A stretch of 64,000 nt of DNA, taken from Nitrospirota bacterium (GTDB taxonomy: Bacteria; Nitrospirota; 9FT-COMBO-42-15; HDB-SIOI813). Where the stretch lies: NCBI GenBank assembly GCA_020851375.1, contig JADZCV010000044.1, positions 192,285-256,284 on the forward strand, given 5' to 3'. The position numbers and the translations under genes were made by a program. Shown piece after piece: positions 20,308 through 29,117 of the stretch (its first letter is position 1; each line of letters begins with the position of its first letter). The notes beneath the pieces are model-generated. The model was not told the origin of the DNA. It made no database searches and worked only from the letters and a program-made list of their open reading frames with translations.

Positions 20308-21354
20308 TTACTCAAGGCACTCAAACGAAAGTGGCGCCTCCTCATCCAGGTCTACCTTCAGTTTCCTCCCTACCATATCTTTCGCAGCAAACGGGGGGAT
20401 GCCATTCGCCGGGGTCTTGAGGCATATGTCATCCCATGAGAGTATTGTTCCTGAGCGTAATGGCCTTGAGGCATAGACCCCCTTCCCCATCTTTTTCCGA
20501 GCCTCCATCTCAAAATCATAAATTATGCGGTTGCCGGTTCCAAGGGAAATATCCACACGCCTTAAGTCGCGGATCATCTTGCGCATACCCTCAGGTTCCA
20601 GTGAAAACTTGTGATCCGTTCCCTTCCATGCATGATTTAGTGTAAAGTGTTTCTCAACCACTGCAGCGCCGAGCATATATGCAATCACCGGCGCCACTAT
20701 CCCGTTATCATGCCCCGAGTATCCGATAATCGCCTCCGGAAATTCCCTCTTTAATGTCTCTATCACCCTTAAATTCAGGTCATGATATTCTGCCGGATAA
20801 CCTGCAATACAATGAAGGAGACAAAGTTTGTTATTATACTTGAGAATCGTCTCATAGGCTATTCTAATTTCTTCAAGATTTGCAGCGCCGGTAGAGACTA
20901 TCATCGGTTTGCCCAATCTGGCTATGTATTCTATCAGGGGGGTATTCGTTACATCTCCGGATGCAATCTTATAACTTGTAATCCCTATATCTTCAAGAAA
21001 ATCCACGCTCTTAAAATCAAATGCCGTAGACATGAATTCAACACTGTTTTCTTCTGCACATTTCTTTAGTGCTGCATACTCATCTCTTCCAAATTCAAGA
21101 AATTCCCTGTGCTCGCCATAAGTAGCCCCGTAACTGTTCTCATTATCATATGGCTTATTATAAAAGGCCTTCGTATATAAGGCCTTATTATCCCTTTTTT
21201 GAAATTTCACCGCCTGAACCCCGCATGATGCTGCAACTTTGACCATTTTCAATGCTGTTTCAAGATTTCCCTGATGGTTATGACCGATCTCAGCGATTAC
21301 ATAACAGGGACCATTGCCTGAAAGAACACTCTTCCCGAAATTAATTGTCTTCAT
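20308..21354 (-). CDS. nonulosonic (sialic-acid-like) acid synthase, NeuB/PseI/LegI family
   Basis: CYVIAEIGHNHQGNLETALKMVKVAASCGVQAVKFQKR is the NeuB TIM-barrel signature; a C-terminal SAF-like domain is present. Start probably MKTINFGK (21354) rather than the track start 21435. Confidence 0.8.
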   Translation of the reverse strand: MKTINFGKSVLSGNGPCYVIAEIGHNHQGNLETALKMVKVAASCGVQAVKFQKRDNKALYTKAFYNKPYDNENSYGATYGEHREFLEFGRDEYAALKKCAEENSVEFMSTAFDFKSVDFLEDIGITSYKIASGDVTNTPLIEYIARLGKPMIVSTGAANLEEIRIAYETILKYNNKLCLLHCIAGYPAEYHDLNLRVIETLKREFPEAIIGYSGHDNGIVAPVIAYMLGAAVVEKHFTLNHAWKGTDHKFSLEPEGMRKMIRDLRRVDISLGTGNRIIYDFEMEARKKMGKGVYASRPLRSGTILSWDDICLKTPANGIPPFAAKDMVGRKLKVDLDEEAPLSFECLE

Positions 21355-22372
21355 AAAATTCTCCATTAGATGTGTTGACCCTGCCAGGTCGTTTACATAA
21401 CCATCTTGACGCCACATAATATGCCATATAGTCACCTATCGTTGCCTCGCCTCCGAATTCCTCTCTGCGGGACAGCGGATGCGTCATCAGGTAAAACATA
21501 CGACGCGCCTCTTTTCTGTTTAGAGGATGGCGGTTGCGCACCGTCTGGGGAATTGCCCGCACGAAATCCATCAGCGACCGCAGAGGAAAGAGAAAACTCA
21601 GGCTTCGGACAGCAATTCCGGTGTACAGGATGACATTCATCATGCTCATCGCCATAGCTTCGAAAAAAGGCAAACTCTTCCAGATCCCTGTCAGGGTATT
21701 CCTAAATGAGAAGTAGTTAATGGTGCTACTGGTCTGCCTGTGCGGGTTCGCCTTGTGACATACGACAACATCAGCATAGTAGTATGTAAGGAGACCTGCC
21801 TTAGACATCCTGTAGGAGAAATCAAGCTCTTCACCCTGGCGGAAAAATGTTTCATCAAAATAACCGATCTTATCGAAAACATATTTTCTGAAGAATGTCG
21901 AGCTGCCATTGAAACCAAAGGCAAAAAAGGATTTGTCGTGATAAAGGTCCCTGTTATGTGCGAACATAAAACCCTCGTCCTCCCTGGTATGGAAATTGAT
22001 TATCTTTGCAGTAATAACATCCGCTCCTGTTTCCTCAAACTTTGAAGCCACCTTCAGAAATGCCTCTTCATCTGCAAGTTCAGCATCATCATCCAGTATA
22101 AATATGATCCCGCCTTTTGCCTCAGCAACCCCCTTATTCCTCGGGGCAATAACACCTGTATTTTTATCCATCCGGATATATCTGATATAAGGGTATTGCC
22201 CCTGATATTTCGAAATCAGATGCTCCGTACCATCCGAAGAATCATTGTCAATAACAATGACCTCCTTTTCAACACCTTTCTGACTTGCAACGGAATCTAT
22301 CGCACCGGCCAAATCATCCTTTCTGTTCCAGGTCCCTATAATGACACTAAACAATATTGAGTTTGATGGCAT
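21341..22372 (-). CDS. GT2 glycosyltransferase
   Basis: FSVIIGTWNRKDDLAGAIDSVASQKGVEKEVIVIDNDSSDGT. Confidence 0.8.
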   Translation of the reverse strand: MPSNSILFSVIIGTWNRKDDLAGAIDSVASQKGVEKEVIVIDNDSSDGTEHLISKYQGQYPYIRYIRMDKNTGVIAPRNKGVAEAKGGIIFILDDDAELADEEAFLKVASKFEETGADVITAKIINFHTREDEGFMFAHNRDLYHDKSFFAFGFNGSSTFFRKYVFDKIGYFDETFFRQGEELDFSYRMSKAGLLTYYYADVVVCHKANPHRQTSSTINYFSFRNTLTGIWKSLPFFEAMAMSMMNVILYTGIAVRSLSFLFPLRSLMDFVRAIPQTVRNRHPLNRKEARRMFYLMTHPLSRREEFGGEATIGDYMAYYVASRWLCKRPGRVNTSNGEFYEDN

Positions 22373-24311
22373 TAGGATCTTCGCCCCGGATAAATATCCT
22401 GCACCACATTTCCATTAAGATAATTTTATAGGAAAAGAATAAATCTTCCCCCCTGGAAATACTCCTGTCTATAAATGCCATTACCGCATCCCTTTTCACC
22501 ACGCCGCCTGAGACCAGGCAGCCGTCATGGCATAAACTGCCATACCTGCTGATCACGGCATTATACCAATCCTTTACAGGCGGCGTAAATCCCCTCTTCC
22601 GCCTGTTCAGTATTTCATCAGGCACAATACCCTTCATTGCATCAATAAACCATTTCTTATACCCCAGCTTATAGTCATCTTTATATGTCTTTCTCAATCC
22701 CATTATCAGTTCTACAAACCTGTAATCAAGAAAGGGGAGACGGAGTTCAACAGAAGAGGCCATACTCATTCTGTCCCCCAGGGCAACACAATTGGAATAG
22801 AGCCATGTCTGATACAGGATTTTGCAGATTTCAATCGGGACCTCATCCCAATCTTTGCCGGTAAAAAAGGAAAATAATTCTTCCTCCTGGATCTTCTGTT
22901 TGAACTCCTCCCTGTAAAGGGTTTCCAGATAACCAAAGGCTGATAAAAAATCATCATCATCATAAAGAATAAATGTGTCTGGTTTGGATAATACCTTGTC
23001 GTACCGAACCCTTATATTTTTAAAATTGTTAATCACAGAGATTACAGCCGGTATCATCTGCTGTCTTTTTCCGATATTTCTGATATCTGTATAAATATTT
23101 TTTATGAGTAACTGCAGGGATTGTACTTCATTATTGGAAATGGACTTTTGTTTCTGCAGGTTTTTTTCAACCGCTGTTGTAACCCCCAGATATCCCCAGA
23201 AAAGCTCATCCCCTCCTATGCCGCTCAATATAACCGGGACATTGTGCCTCCTGGCGAGTTTGTTGACAGAGTAATAACCAAAGGCTGCAATATCTGCAAT
23301 AGGATCATCCATGGCATAGACCATTTCAGGAAATGAGTTGACAAGGTCTTCTGTGTTTAATTCTATTTCATGATATGAAAAGCCAAGCTGATTTGATAAC
23401 CCCATGGCCATCTCTCTCTCATCGTTCTGCGGATGTCCCGGATATCCGACACTGAAGGCATGCATCTTTTCCTTGTAATATCTGGCGCCCAATACAGCAA
23501 TCGCGCTTGAATCTATACCACCTGATAAAGAAATGCCCACAGGCACATCGGACCTGATGATAATCCCCGACAGGTCTTCAAATGCCTCTCTGATGAGCTG
23601 GGATGGGTTTCCGGACACGGGTTTCACGTCTTCAAAATCCCAGTACTTTCTCAGTTCATATTCAAAGGGATTTAAAGAGACCATCATGTAATGGGCGGCA
23701 GGGAGTTTCAACACCCCCTCAATGCATGTATAGGGTTCCGGCACGTACTGATAGTGAAAGTACATATTTACTGCATCCGGATTTAACCTGACATCCTTTT
23801 CGCGCAGGCAGACCAGTAAAGATTTCATCTCTGATGAAAAAACGACCCCATCCTCTGTCTTATAGTAGTAGAGTGGTTTTTCGCTTAAACGATCCCTTGC
23901 AATAAAAAGCGTCTGTCTCTTTTTATCAAAGAGCGCAAAGGCGAACATACCCCTGAGGTTTTGAAGGCATGCCTCTCCTGATTCCTCGTAGAGATGCAGG
24001 ATCGGCTCACAATCACTTTGAGTTTTAAATTTGTGACCCCTGTTTTCCATCTCTTTGCGAAGTTCGATATAATTATAAATCTCGCCGTTAGCCACCAGCA
24101 CAAGGGATCCATCCTCATTGTACAGCGGCTGATTCCCGCCTGCGAGGTCTATTATCTTCAAACGCCGCATGGCAAGGGCAATATTCGTATCCTGATAAAA
24201 ACCCATGCTGTCCGGGCCGCGGTGAACCAGCGCATCATTCATCCTGTTCAGGATTGCGATATCCGCTGGCTTCAATGGATTGCTGCTTATCAGGCCTGTG
24301 ATGCCGCACAT
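22347..24311 (-). CDS. asparagine synthetase (glutamine-hydrolysing) family amidotransferase, polysaccharide-associated (WbpS-like)
   Basis: MCGITGLIS N-terminal nucleophile Cys2; SGGIDSS PP-loop; 654 aa. Confidence 0.8.
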   Translation of the reverse strand: MCGITGLISSNPLKPADIAILNRMNDALVHRGPDSMGFYQDTNIALAMRRLKIIDLAGGNQPLYNEDGSLVLVANGEIYNYIELRKEMENRGHKFKTQSDCEPILHLYEESGEACLQNLRGMFAFALFDKKRQTLFIARDRLSEKPLYYYKTEDGVVFSSEMKSLLVCLREKDVRLNPDAVNMYFHYQYVPEPYTCIEGVLKLPAAHYMMVSLNPFEYELRKYWDFEDVKPVSGNPSQLIREAFEDLSGIIIRSDVPVGISLSGGIDSSAIAVLGARYYKEKMHAFSVGYPGHPQNDEREMAMGLSNQLGFSYHEIELNTEDLVNSFPEMVYAMDDPIADIAAFGYYSVNKLARRHNVPVILSGIGGDELFWGYLGVTTAVEKNLQKQKSISNNEVQSLQLLIKNIYTDIRNIGKRQQMIPAVISVINNFKNIRVRYDKVLSKPDTFILYDDDDFLSAFGYLETLYREEFKQKIQEEELFSFFTGKDWDEVPIEICKILYQTWLYSNCVALGDRMSMASSVELRLPFLDYRFVELIMGLRKTYKDDYKLGYKKWFIDAMKGIVPDEILNRRKRGFTPPVKDWYNAVISRYGSLCHDGCLVSGGVVKRDAVMAFIDRSISRGEDLFFSYKIILMEMWCRIFIRGEDPNAIKLNIV

Positions 24312-25438
24312 AATATAGCCTCTTTGACCCCTTCGGCGGTATGTTCGGCGCCGTAGTTTCTTATCATTTGCCTGGATGCGTCAGCCATTTTCTGCCTCAG
24401 GCCGTTGTCTGCAGTCATCTTCTTCATGGCATTATATAATTCATGGGGATCACTGTCCCGTACAACAAAACCATTTACACCGTCTCTTACCAGATCAGCC
24501 GATGCCCCCACTTTATCCGTTGTGATTACAGGCAGGCCGGATGCCATCGCCTCGTTGATTACCAGTCCCCAGACCTCTTCATGAGAGGGTAGCAGGAACA
24601 GATCAGCGAGGCCGAAATACCGCGGCAACTGTTCATATTCAACAAAACCTGCGAATACCACATCGTCTATATTTTCCTGAAGGCATCTCTTTTTCATGGC
24701 ATCTTCTTCCATACCAGCGCCGGCAATCAATAATGTCACATCTTTAATATCTTTCTTTAACCAGGAAAATGCAGATAACAGATCATATACCCCTTTTCTT
24801 TCTATCAACTGACCTGCATACAACAAGGCTAATCCTGTCTTTATCCCCAGCTTGAATCTTAATGCCTCCCGCTCCTCAGTTGTCATTCTGGAATTAATTT
24901 CAAAGAAAGAGTTGTCCACTGTATTCCATCCCATGAATATCCTGTCTTTCTCTGCGCCCAGATCCATAAGATATTCCTTTGCCCTCGTCCCATAGGCAAT
25001 ATACGAATCCGAATTCCTTACAAGGTATTTTACAAGAGGCTTGCTAACCGTCCTGCGCCACGAGGGCTCATTGATCGTACTCCCTGACCAGAGGATGAAT
25101 TTCTTATTGTAAATCCTGCAATAGATGTACGCCATGTATGATGCGAGAGAATCCCAGCCGCAGGATACAACGACATCGGGACAGGCATTCTTAAGCTCTG
25201 AAAAGGCCGTGTAATTGATGTGCATGGTGAAGATGTCTTTTCCCTTCATCCTAAACGGTGTGTCTGGAAGGATTTTGTATTTAAATCTCAGGCGGGAGAG
25301 GTCAAATCTCCAGTTCCTGTTCATATCCGTTTCATTCTGAAAGAAGACTGTCAGATTATTATCCAGGACTTCGTTAAGGACATTGAAGCGTTTAATCTCA
25401 TAAGGCGTTATGACATTTTCTATGATTACAATCCTCAC
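24290..25438 (-). CDS. GT4 (group 1) glycosyltransferase
   Basis: EVWGLVINEAMASGLPVITTDKVGASADLVRDGVNGFVV, the E-x7-E GT4 motif region. GTG start at 25438 directly downstream of repeat-borne GGAG. Confidence 0.8.
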   Translation of the reverse strand: MRIVIIENVITPYEIKRFNVLNEVLDNNLTVFFQNETDMNRNWRFDLSRLRFKYKILPDTPFRMKGKDIFTMHINYTAFSELKNACPDVVVSCGWDSLASYMAYIYCRIYNKKFILWSGSTINEPSWRRTVSKPLVKYLVRNSDSYIAYGTRAKEYLMDLGAEKDRIFMGWNTVDNSFFEINSRMTTEEREALRFKLGIKTGLALLYAGQLIERKGVYDLLSAFSWLKKDIKDVTLLIAGAGMEEDAMKKRCLQENIDDVVFAGFVEYEQLPRYFGLADLFLLPSHEEVWGLVINEAMASGLPVITTDKVGASADLVRDGVNGFVVRDSDPHELYNAMKKMTADNGLRQKMADASRQMIRNYGAEHTAEGVKEAILCAASQA

Positions 25439-25557
25439 CTGAAAATGCTCCTATATACCCGTCATTCCTGCGTAAGCGGGAATCCAGACCGATGGCCTGG
25501 TTCTGGATTCCCACTTCCGTGGGAATGACGTTTTCTCTGTCCCTTTTTCTTATCCAT
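25439..25557 (-). repeat. palindromic repeat, copy 4 (leader + core)
   Basis: ctgaaaatgctcctatatacccgtcattcctgcgtaagcgggaatccagaccgatggcctggttctggattcccacttccgtgggaatgacg. Confidence 0.85.
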
Positions 25558-26292
25558 CTAATTTTTTTCTGCCTTGACAATGATGTCGCCTGAAAGAAGA
25601 GAGACCCACCAATTTCTAAGGCTGCTGAAGATACCGGCGCCGGAGACCCCTGTGACCTTAAATCCCTGTTCCTCCAGAAAGACCTTCATCGAACCCACGG
25701 TAAAGTAGTGCAATGTGCCTCCATCCCAGCCTCCGGCGCCGGATGTCCTCGATAAATTGCCGAAAAGAAGGCTTATTCTCCTCGGAAGCCAGGCCATGTT
25801 CGGGACTTCGAGCATCAATACGCCCCTTTTTTTTAAGACACGCCGGAGCTCATCTATAACAAAATACGGGTCATAAATAAGTTGAAACGTCGCAATACAT
25901 GTCACGGTATCAAAGTATCCGTCTGCATACGGCAGTCCCGTATCAATATCCACTACCCGGAAACTGATGTTGGCTTTTGGATGCCTTTCCTCCTTTAACC
26001 TGTTGGCATCATGGACCCTGTTGGAAGCGATATCTATCCCATGCAGTTCTTTAAATTTATCCTTTACCTTAAATATGAATGATCCACCACCGCAGCCCAT
26101 GTCCAGTAATTTCTCTCCCCGCGGAATAAGCCGGGCCACGGCATCTTCCCGATGGAGTTCAAATCGTCTGAATTTATCATAAAGGGCATTTAAAAAAGCA
26201 TCTATGAGATTATACCTCCCCTGATGCAACTGCCCCGTATCCGTCTGATAAATCTTTTCATGAAATCCCTTTTTGCGTTCGGCCTTACCCAT
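25558..26292 (-). CDS. class I SAM-dependent methyltransferase
   Basis: LLDMGCGGGSFIFKV motif I. Start placed at MGKAERKKG (26292); the track start 26331 overlaps the aminotransferase by 47 nt. Confidence 0.7.
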   Translation of the reverse strand: MGKAERKKGFHEKIYQTDTGQLHQGRYNLIDAFLNALYDKFRRFELHREDAVARLIPRGEKLLDMGCGGGSFIFKVKDKFKELHGIDIASNRVHDANRLKEERHPKANISFRVVDIDTGLPYADGYFDTVTCIATFQLIYDPYFVIDELRRVLKKRGVLMLEVPNMAWLPRRISLLFGNLSRTSGAGGWDGGTLHYFTVGSMKVFLEEQGFKVTGVSGAGIFSSLRNWWVSLLSGDIIVKAEKN

Positions 26293-27406
26293 AATGGTTA
26301 ACCTCTTCCGTAATTGTTGATACCTCCGCATCTGTTAACTGGGGAAACATGGGGATGGAGACAATCTCCCTGGCAAGTCTCTCTGCAACAGGAAAACTTC
26401 CTGCCGGACATCCGAGGTCTTTATATGCCTCCTGCAGATGGACCGGCACAGGATAATGTATCGTTGTCTTAATCCCCTTTTCTTCTAAATAACCCTGAAG
26501 CCTATCCCTTTCAGGGTGTCTTATCACGTAGAGGTGAAACACATGCCTGCCATAGCTCATTACAGGAGGTTTTTCAACACGTGGGTTTGTGATCCCGTTA
26601 CTATAGTAGTCCGCAATCTTTCTGCGGCGACTGTTCCAGTCATTCAAATAGTTTAACTTGACCCTCAGGATTGCGGCCTGCAGCTCGTCCAGTCTGCTGT
26701 TGAACCCTTTGATCTTGTGATAGTAGCGTCTATCCTGACCATAGTTCCTAAGCATCTTCAGCCGTTGTCCCTCTCCGGCATCACGCGTCACGATAAGCCC
26801 TCCATCTCCATAGGCGCCAAGATTCTTGCTCGGATAAAAACTAAACGCGGCATAATCCCCCATAGTACCCGCCTTCCGGCCCTTGTACTCAGCCCCGTGG
26901 GCCTGACAGGCATCTTCTATCACCTTCAGACCAAACTCTGTCGCGATCTCAAGGATCGGATCCATATCCGCACACTGGCCATAGAGGTGTACCGGGACGA
27001 TGGCCTTAAGCCTGTTCCCCCAACGCCTCTTCTCCCTCGTAACAACCTCTCTGAGCTGGGCAGGGTCCATGTTGTAACTGCGCGGGTCCACGTCAACAAA
27101 CAGCGGAATCGCCCCTGCAAGACTAATAGCCGAAACAGTGGGCACTGCGGTATTGGGGACAGTAATGACGAGATCGCCATATTCTATACCCGCTGCCACC
27201 AGAGCAAGATGTATGGCCTCGGTACCGGACCCCACCCCCACGGCATGGACATCGCTCCCAAGGTATTTAGCGAATGCTGACTCAAAGCGCTCCCCTTCCT
27301 CACCGAGAACAAACCAACCCTTTTCACACACCCCCCTGATAGCCTGCCCCAGTTCGCCCGTAAGCTCCCGGTATTCCCTGCTCAAATCACCAAACGGTAT
27401 CATCAA
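26285..27406 (-). CDS. DegT/DnrJ/EryC1/StrS-family PLP-dependent sugar aminotransferase
   Basis: MIPFGDLSREYREL... AVGVGSGTEAIHLAL... IVPVHLYGQCADMD... KVIEDACQAHG. Confidence 0.85.
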   Translation of the reverse strand: MMIPFGDLSREYRELTGELGQAIRGVCEKGWFVLGEEGERFESAFAKYLGSDVHAVGVGSGTEAIHLALVAAGIEYGDLVITVPNTAVPTVSAISLAGAIPLFVDVDPRSYNMDPAQLREVVTREKRRWGNRLKAIVPVHLYGQCADMDPILEIATEFGLKVIEDACQAHGAEYKGRKAGTMGDYAAFSFYPSKNLGAYGDGGLIVTRDAGEGQRLKMLRNYGQDRRYYHKIKGFNSRLDELQAAILRVKLNYLNDWNSRRRKIADYYSNGITNPRVEKPPVMSYGRHVFHLYVIRHPERDRLQGYLEEKGIKTTIHYPVPVHLQEAYKDLGCPAGSFPVAERLAREIVSIPMFPQLTDAEVSTITEEVNHYG

Positions 27407-27586
27407 TGATGGCCACCCATTCCCGTCATTCCTGACATCCCCGTCATTCCCGACATTCCCGACATCCCCGTCATTCCCGACATCCCCGTCATTCCTGACA
27501 TCCCCGTCATTCCTGACATCCCCGTCATTCCCGCGGAAGCGGGAATCCAGATCCCTGCATAAACCCTTCGGCAGTTTCCCGCCTTA
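27407..27586 (-). repeat. repeat copy 5: 18-bp tandem array plus terminal hairpin
   Basis: About 6.5 tandem units of ccccgtcattcc[c/t]gacat between about 27419 and 27540, then cccgcggaagcgggaatccag hairpin. The unit is an expansion of the cgtcattcc arm of the repeat family. Confidence 0.85.
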
Positions 27587-27871
27587 AAGAATCTCTTCAC
27601 ACAAATCTCGCCAATCAGGATTCTGCTTCTCTATCAATTCCAGCTTCCAGCTTCTATTCCATTTCTTTATCTGTTTTTCTCTGCTAATAGCCGATTCCAT
27701 ATCTTCATGTAATTCGTAATAGACAAGACGATGAATACCGTATCTTTTCGTGAAACCCTCGACCAAATCATTTTTGTGTTCCCACGTTCGCTTGATAAGG
27801 TCGCTAGTCACTCCAATATAAAGAGTACCGTTTCTCTTGCTGGCAAGGATATAAACCGCTGGTTGCTTCAC
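27587..27871 (-). CDS. GIY-YIG nuclease-superfamily small protein (COG2827/UPF0213-like)
   Basis: VKQPAVYILASKRNGTLYIGVTSDLIKRTWEHKNDLVEGFTKRYGIHRLVYYELHEDMESAISREKQIKKWNRSWKLELIEKQNPDW, the canonical GIY...YIG...R...E...N architecture. GTG start at 27871 preceded by GGAG with 8-nt spacing. The longer track ORF (to 28003) merely translates the upstream repeat. Confidence 0.8.
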
Positions 27872-28113
27872 CTGAAAATGCTCCCATTTACCCGTCATTC
27901 CCACGGAACCTGTCCCCGCATGATTTAAGCGGGAAGTGGGAATCCAGATCCAGGCCTCGGTCTGGATTCCCGCTTTCGCGGGAATGACGTTTTTCTTGAT
28001 CATTTCTGGATTCCAGCTTCCGCGGGAATGATGTTTTTCTTGACCATTTCTGGATTTCCGCTTTCGCTGGAACGACGTTTTCGTGACACCTTGCGAGCTC
28101 GAGGCTCATGACG
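27872..28113 (-). repeat. composite palindromic repeat, copy 6 (leader, hairpin, core, two degenerate core half-copies, module C)
   Basis: ctgaaaatgctcccatttacccgtcattcccacggaacctgtccccgcatgatttaagcgggaagtgggaatccagatccaggcctcggtctggattcccgctttcgcgggaatgacg... then ttccgcgggaatgatg / ttccgctttcgctggaacgacg degenerate arms, then gcgagctcgaggctcatgacggttcacc. Confidence 0.85.
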
Positions 28114-28115
28114 GT

Positions 28116-29117
28116 TCACCAGTACATCGCCCTGTGCTGTCTGTAATATTCAATGGTCTTTAGAAGGCCGTCTCTCAATGTTGTTCCGGGATGCCAGCCT
28201 GTTGTCTCCCTGATCCTGCTTATATCAGGATAGAAATCTCCGGGCTCCTGCGCAGCCCGCTCCCTCGTGAAAGGTGCATATTCCCACCTGCCGCTGCCTG
28301 CAACATCAATGATTGTATTCACAAGCTCCATAAAACTGCAGTTCTCTTCATTACCCACATTAAATGTGCCCCCGAAGGCCTGTTCCGAGGCCCCTGTCTG
28401 CAGGATTGCATCCACACAATCAGCTACATACAGAAAATCCCTGCGTATCTTTCCATCGCCGAATACCTTAATGGTCTCGTCTTCCAATGCCTTTCTCACA
28501 AACCAGTTCACGACCCCGAATTTACTGTGCCTCATCTGGGCCCGCTCGCCATAGATATTAGAGAGCCTCAGGTTGATCACCTTCAACCTGTGAATCTCCC
28601 CGTAGAAATTTATGATCTTCTCTGCCGTCAGGTTGGATATCTCATAAAGCCCCTTTGGGTTAGTCGGCGAACCTTCGCCTGCAGGCAGTTGCTCTGCATG
28701 CCCGTAAACACCACGGGTGCTCGTGTAGACGGTGACCGCCTCAGGGGCCCTTTCACGGATCGCCTCCATCAGTATCGCGGTCCCCCTTATATTGATGTCT
28801 ATATCCGGATACGGATCCACCTGACCAAGGACATGGCTGCACTGGCCTGCCAGATGAAAGATGAAGTCATGGTTCCTCACGAGGGTCTCGACCGCGTACT
28901 TGTCACGTATGTCACAGATGTTGACAGTCAGATCCTTTCGGACCGGATCCACATTATACGGGTTCCCGCCGTGGTCAGGCCACAGGATGTCAAGTACCGT
29001 CACCCTTGCCCCCAATTGCACCAGACGGATGGCAAGATTACTCCCGATAAACCCCAATCCGCCTGTGATTAGAACCTGCTTTCCGTTATAGGCGCTCAAC
29101 TCCTTATGCTGCACCAT
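28116..29117 (-). CDS. NAD-dependent nucleotide-sugar epimerase/dehydratase (extended SDR)
   Basis: VLITGGLGFIGSNLAIRL Rossmann motif; YxxxK region YEISNLTAEK; 333 aa. Confidence 0.8.
   Translation of the reverse strand: MVQHKELSAYNGKQVLITGGLGFIGSNLAIRLVQLGARVTVLDILWPDHGGNPYNVDPVRKDLTVNICDIRDKYAVETLVRNHDFIFHLAGQCSHVLGQVDPYPDIDINIRGTAILMEAIRERAPEAVTVYTSTRGVYGHAEQLPAGEGSPTNPKGLYEISNLTAEKIINFYGEIHRLKVINLRLSNIYGERAQMRHSKFGVVNWFVRKALEDETIKVFGDGKIRRDFLYVADCVDAILQTGASEQAFGGTFNVGNEENCSFMELVNTIIDVAGSGRWEYAPFTRERAAQEPGDFYPDISRIRETTGWHPGTTLRDGLLKTIEYYRQHRAMYW

Noticed and set aside
27419-27540. Possible CRISPR array
   Set aside because: Units are contiguous 18-bp repeats with no intervening unique spacers and no cas genes; this is a simple tandem repeat.
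27403-27600. 65-aa minus-strand ORF (MTGMSG)n
   Set aside because: It is the literal translation of the 18-bp tandem repeat array, and its reading frame is an artefact of the repeat periodicity.
27872-28003. N-terminal 44-aa extension of the GIY-YIG ORF in the track (MIKKNVIPAKAGIQTEAW...)
   Set aside because: The extension translates the palindromic repeat. The conserved GIY-YIG family begins at (M/V)KQP.VYIL, and a GGAG-N8-GTG initiation context sits exactly there (27871).
28191-29072. 293-aa plus-strand ORF
   Set aside because: Entirely antisense to the well-conserved NAD-dependent epimerase/dehydratase gene (28116..29117); no recognisable motifs; typical shadow ORF.
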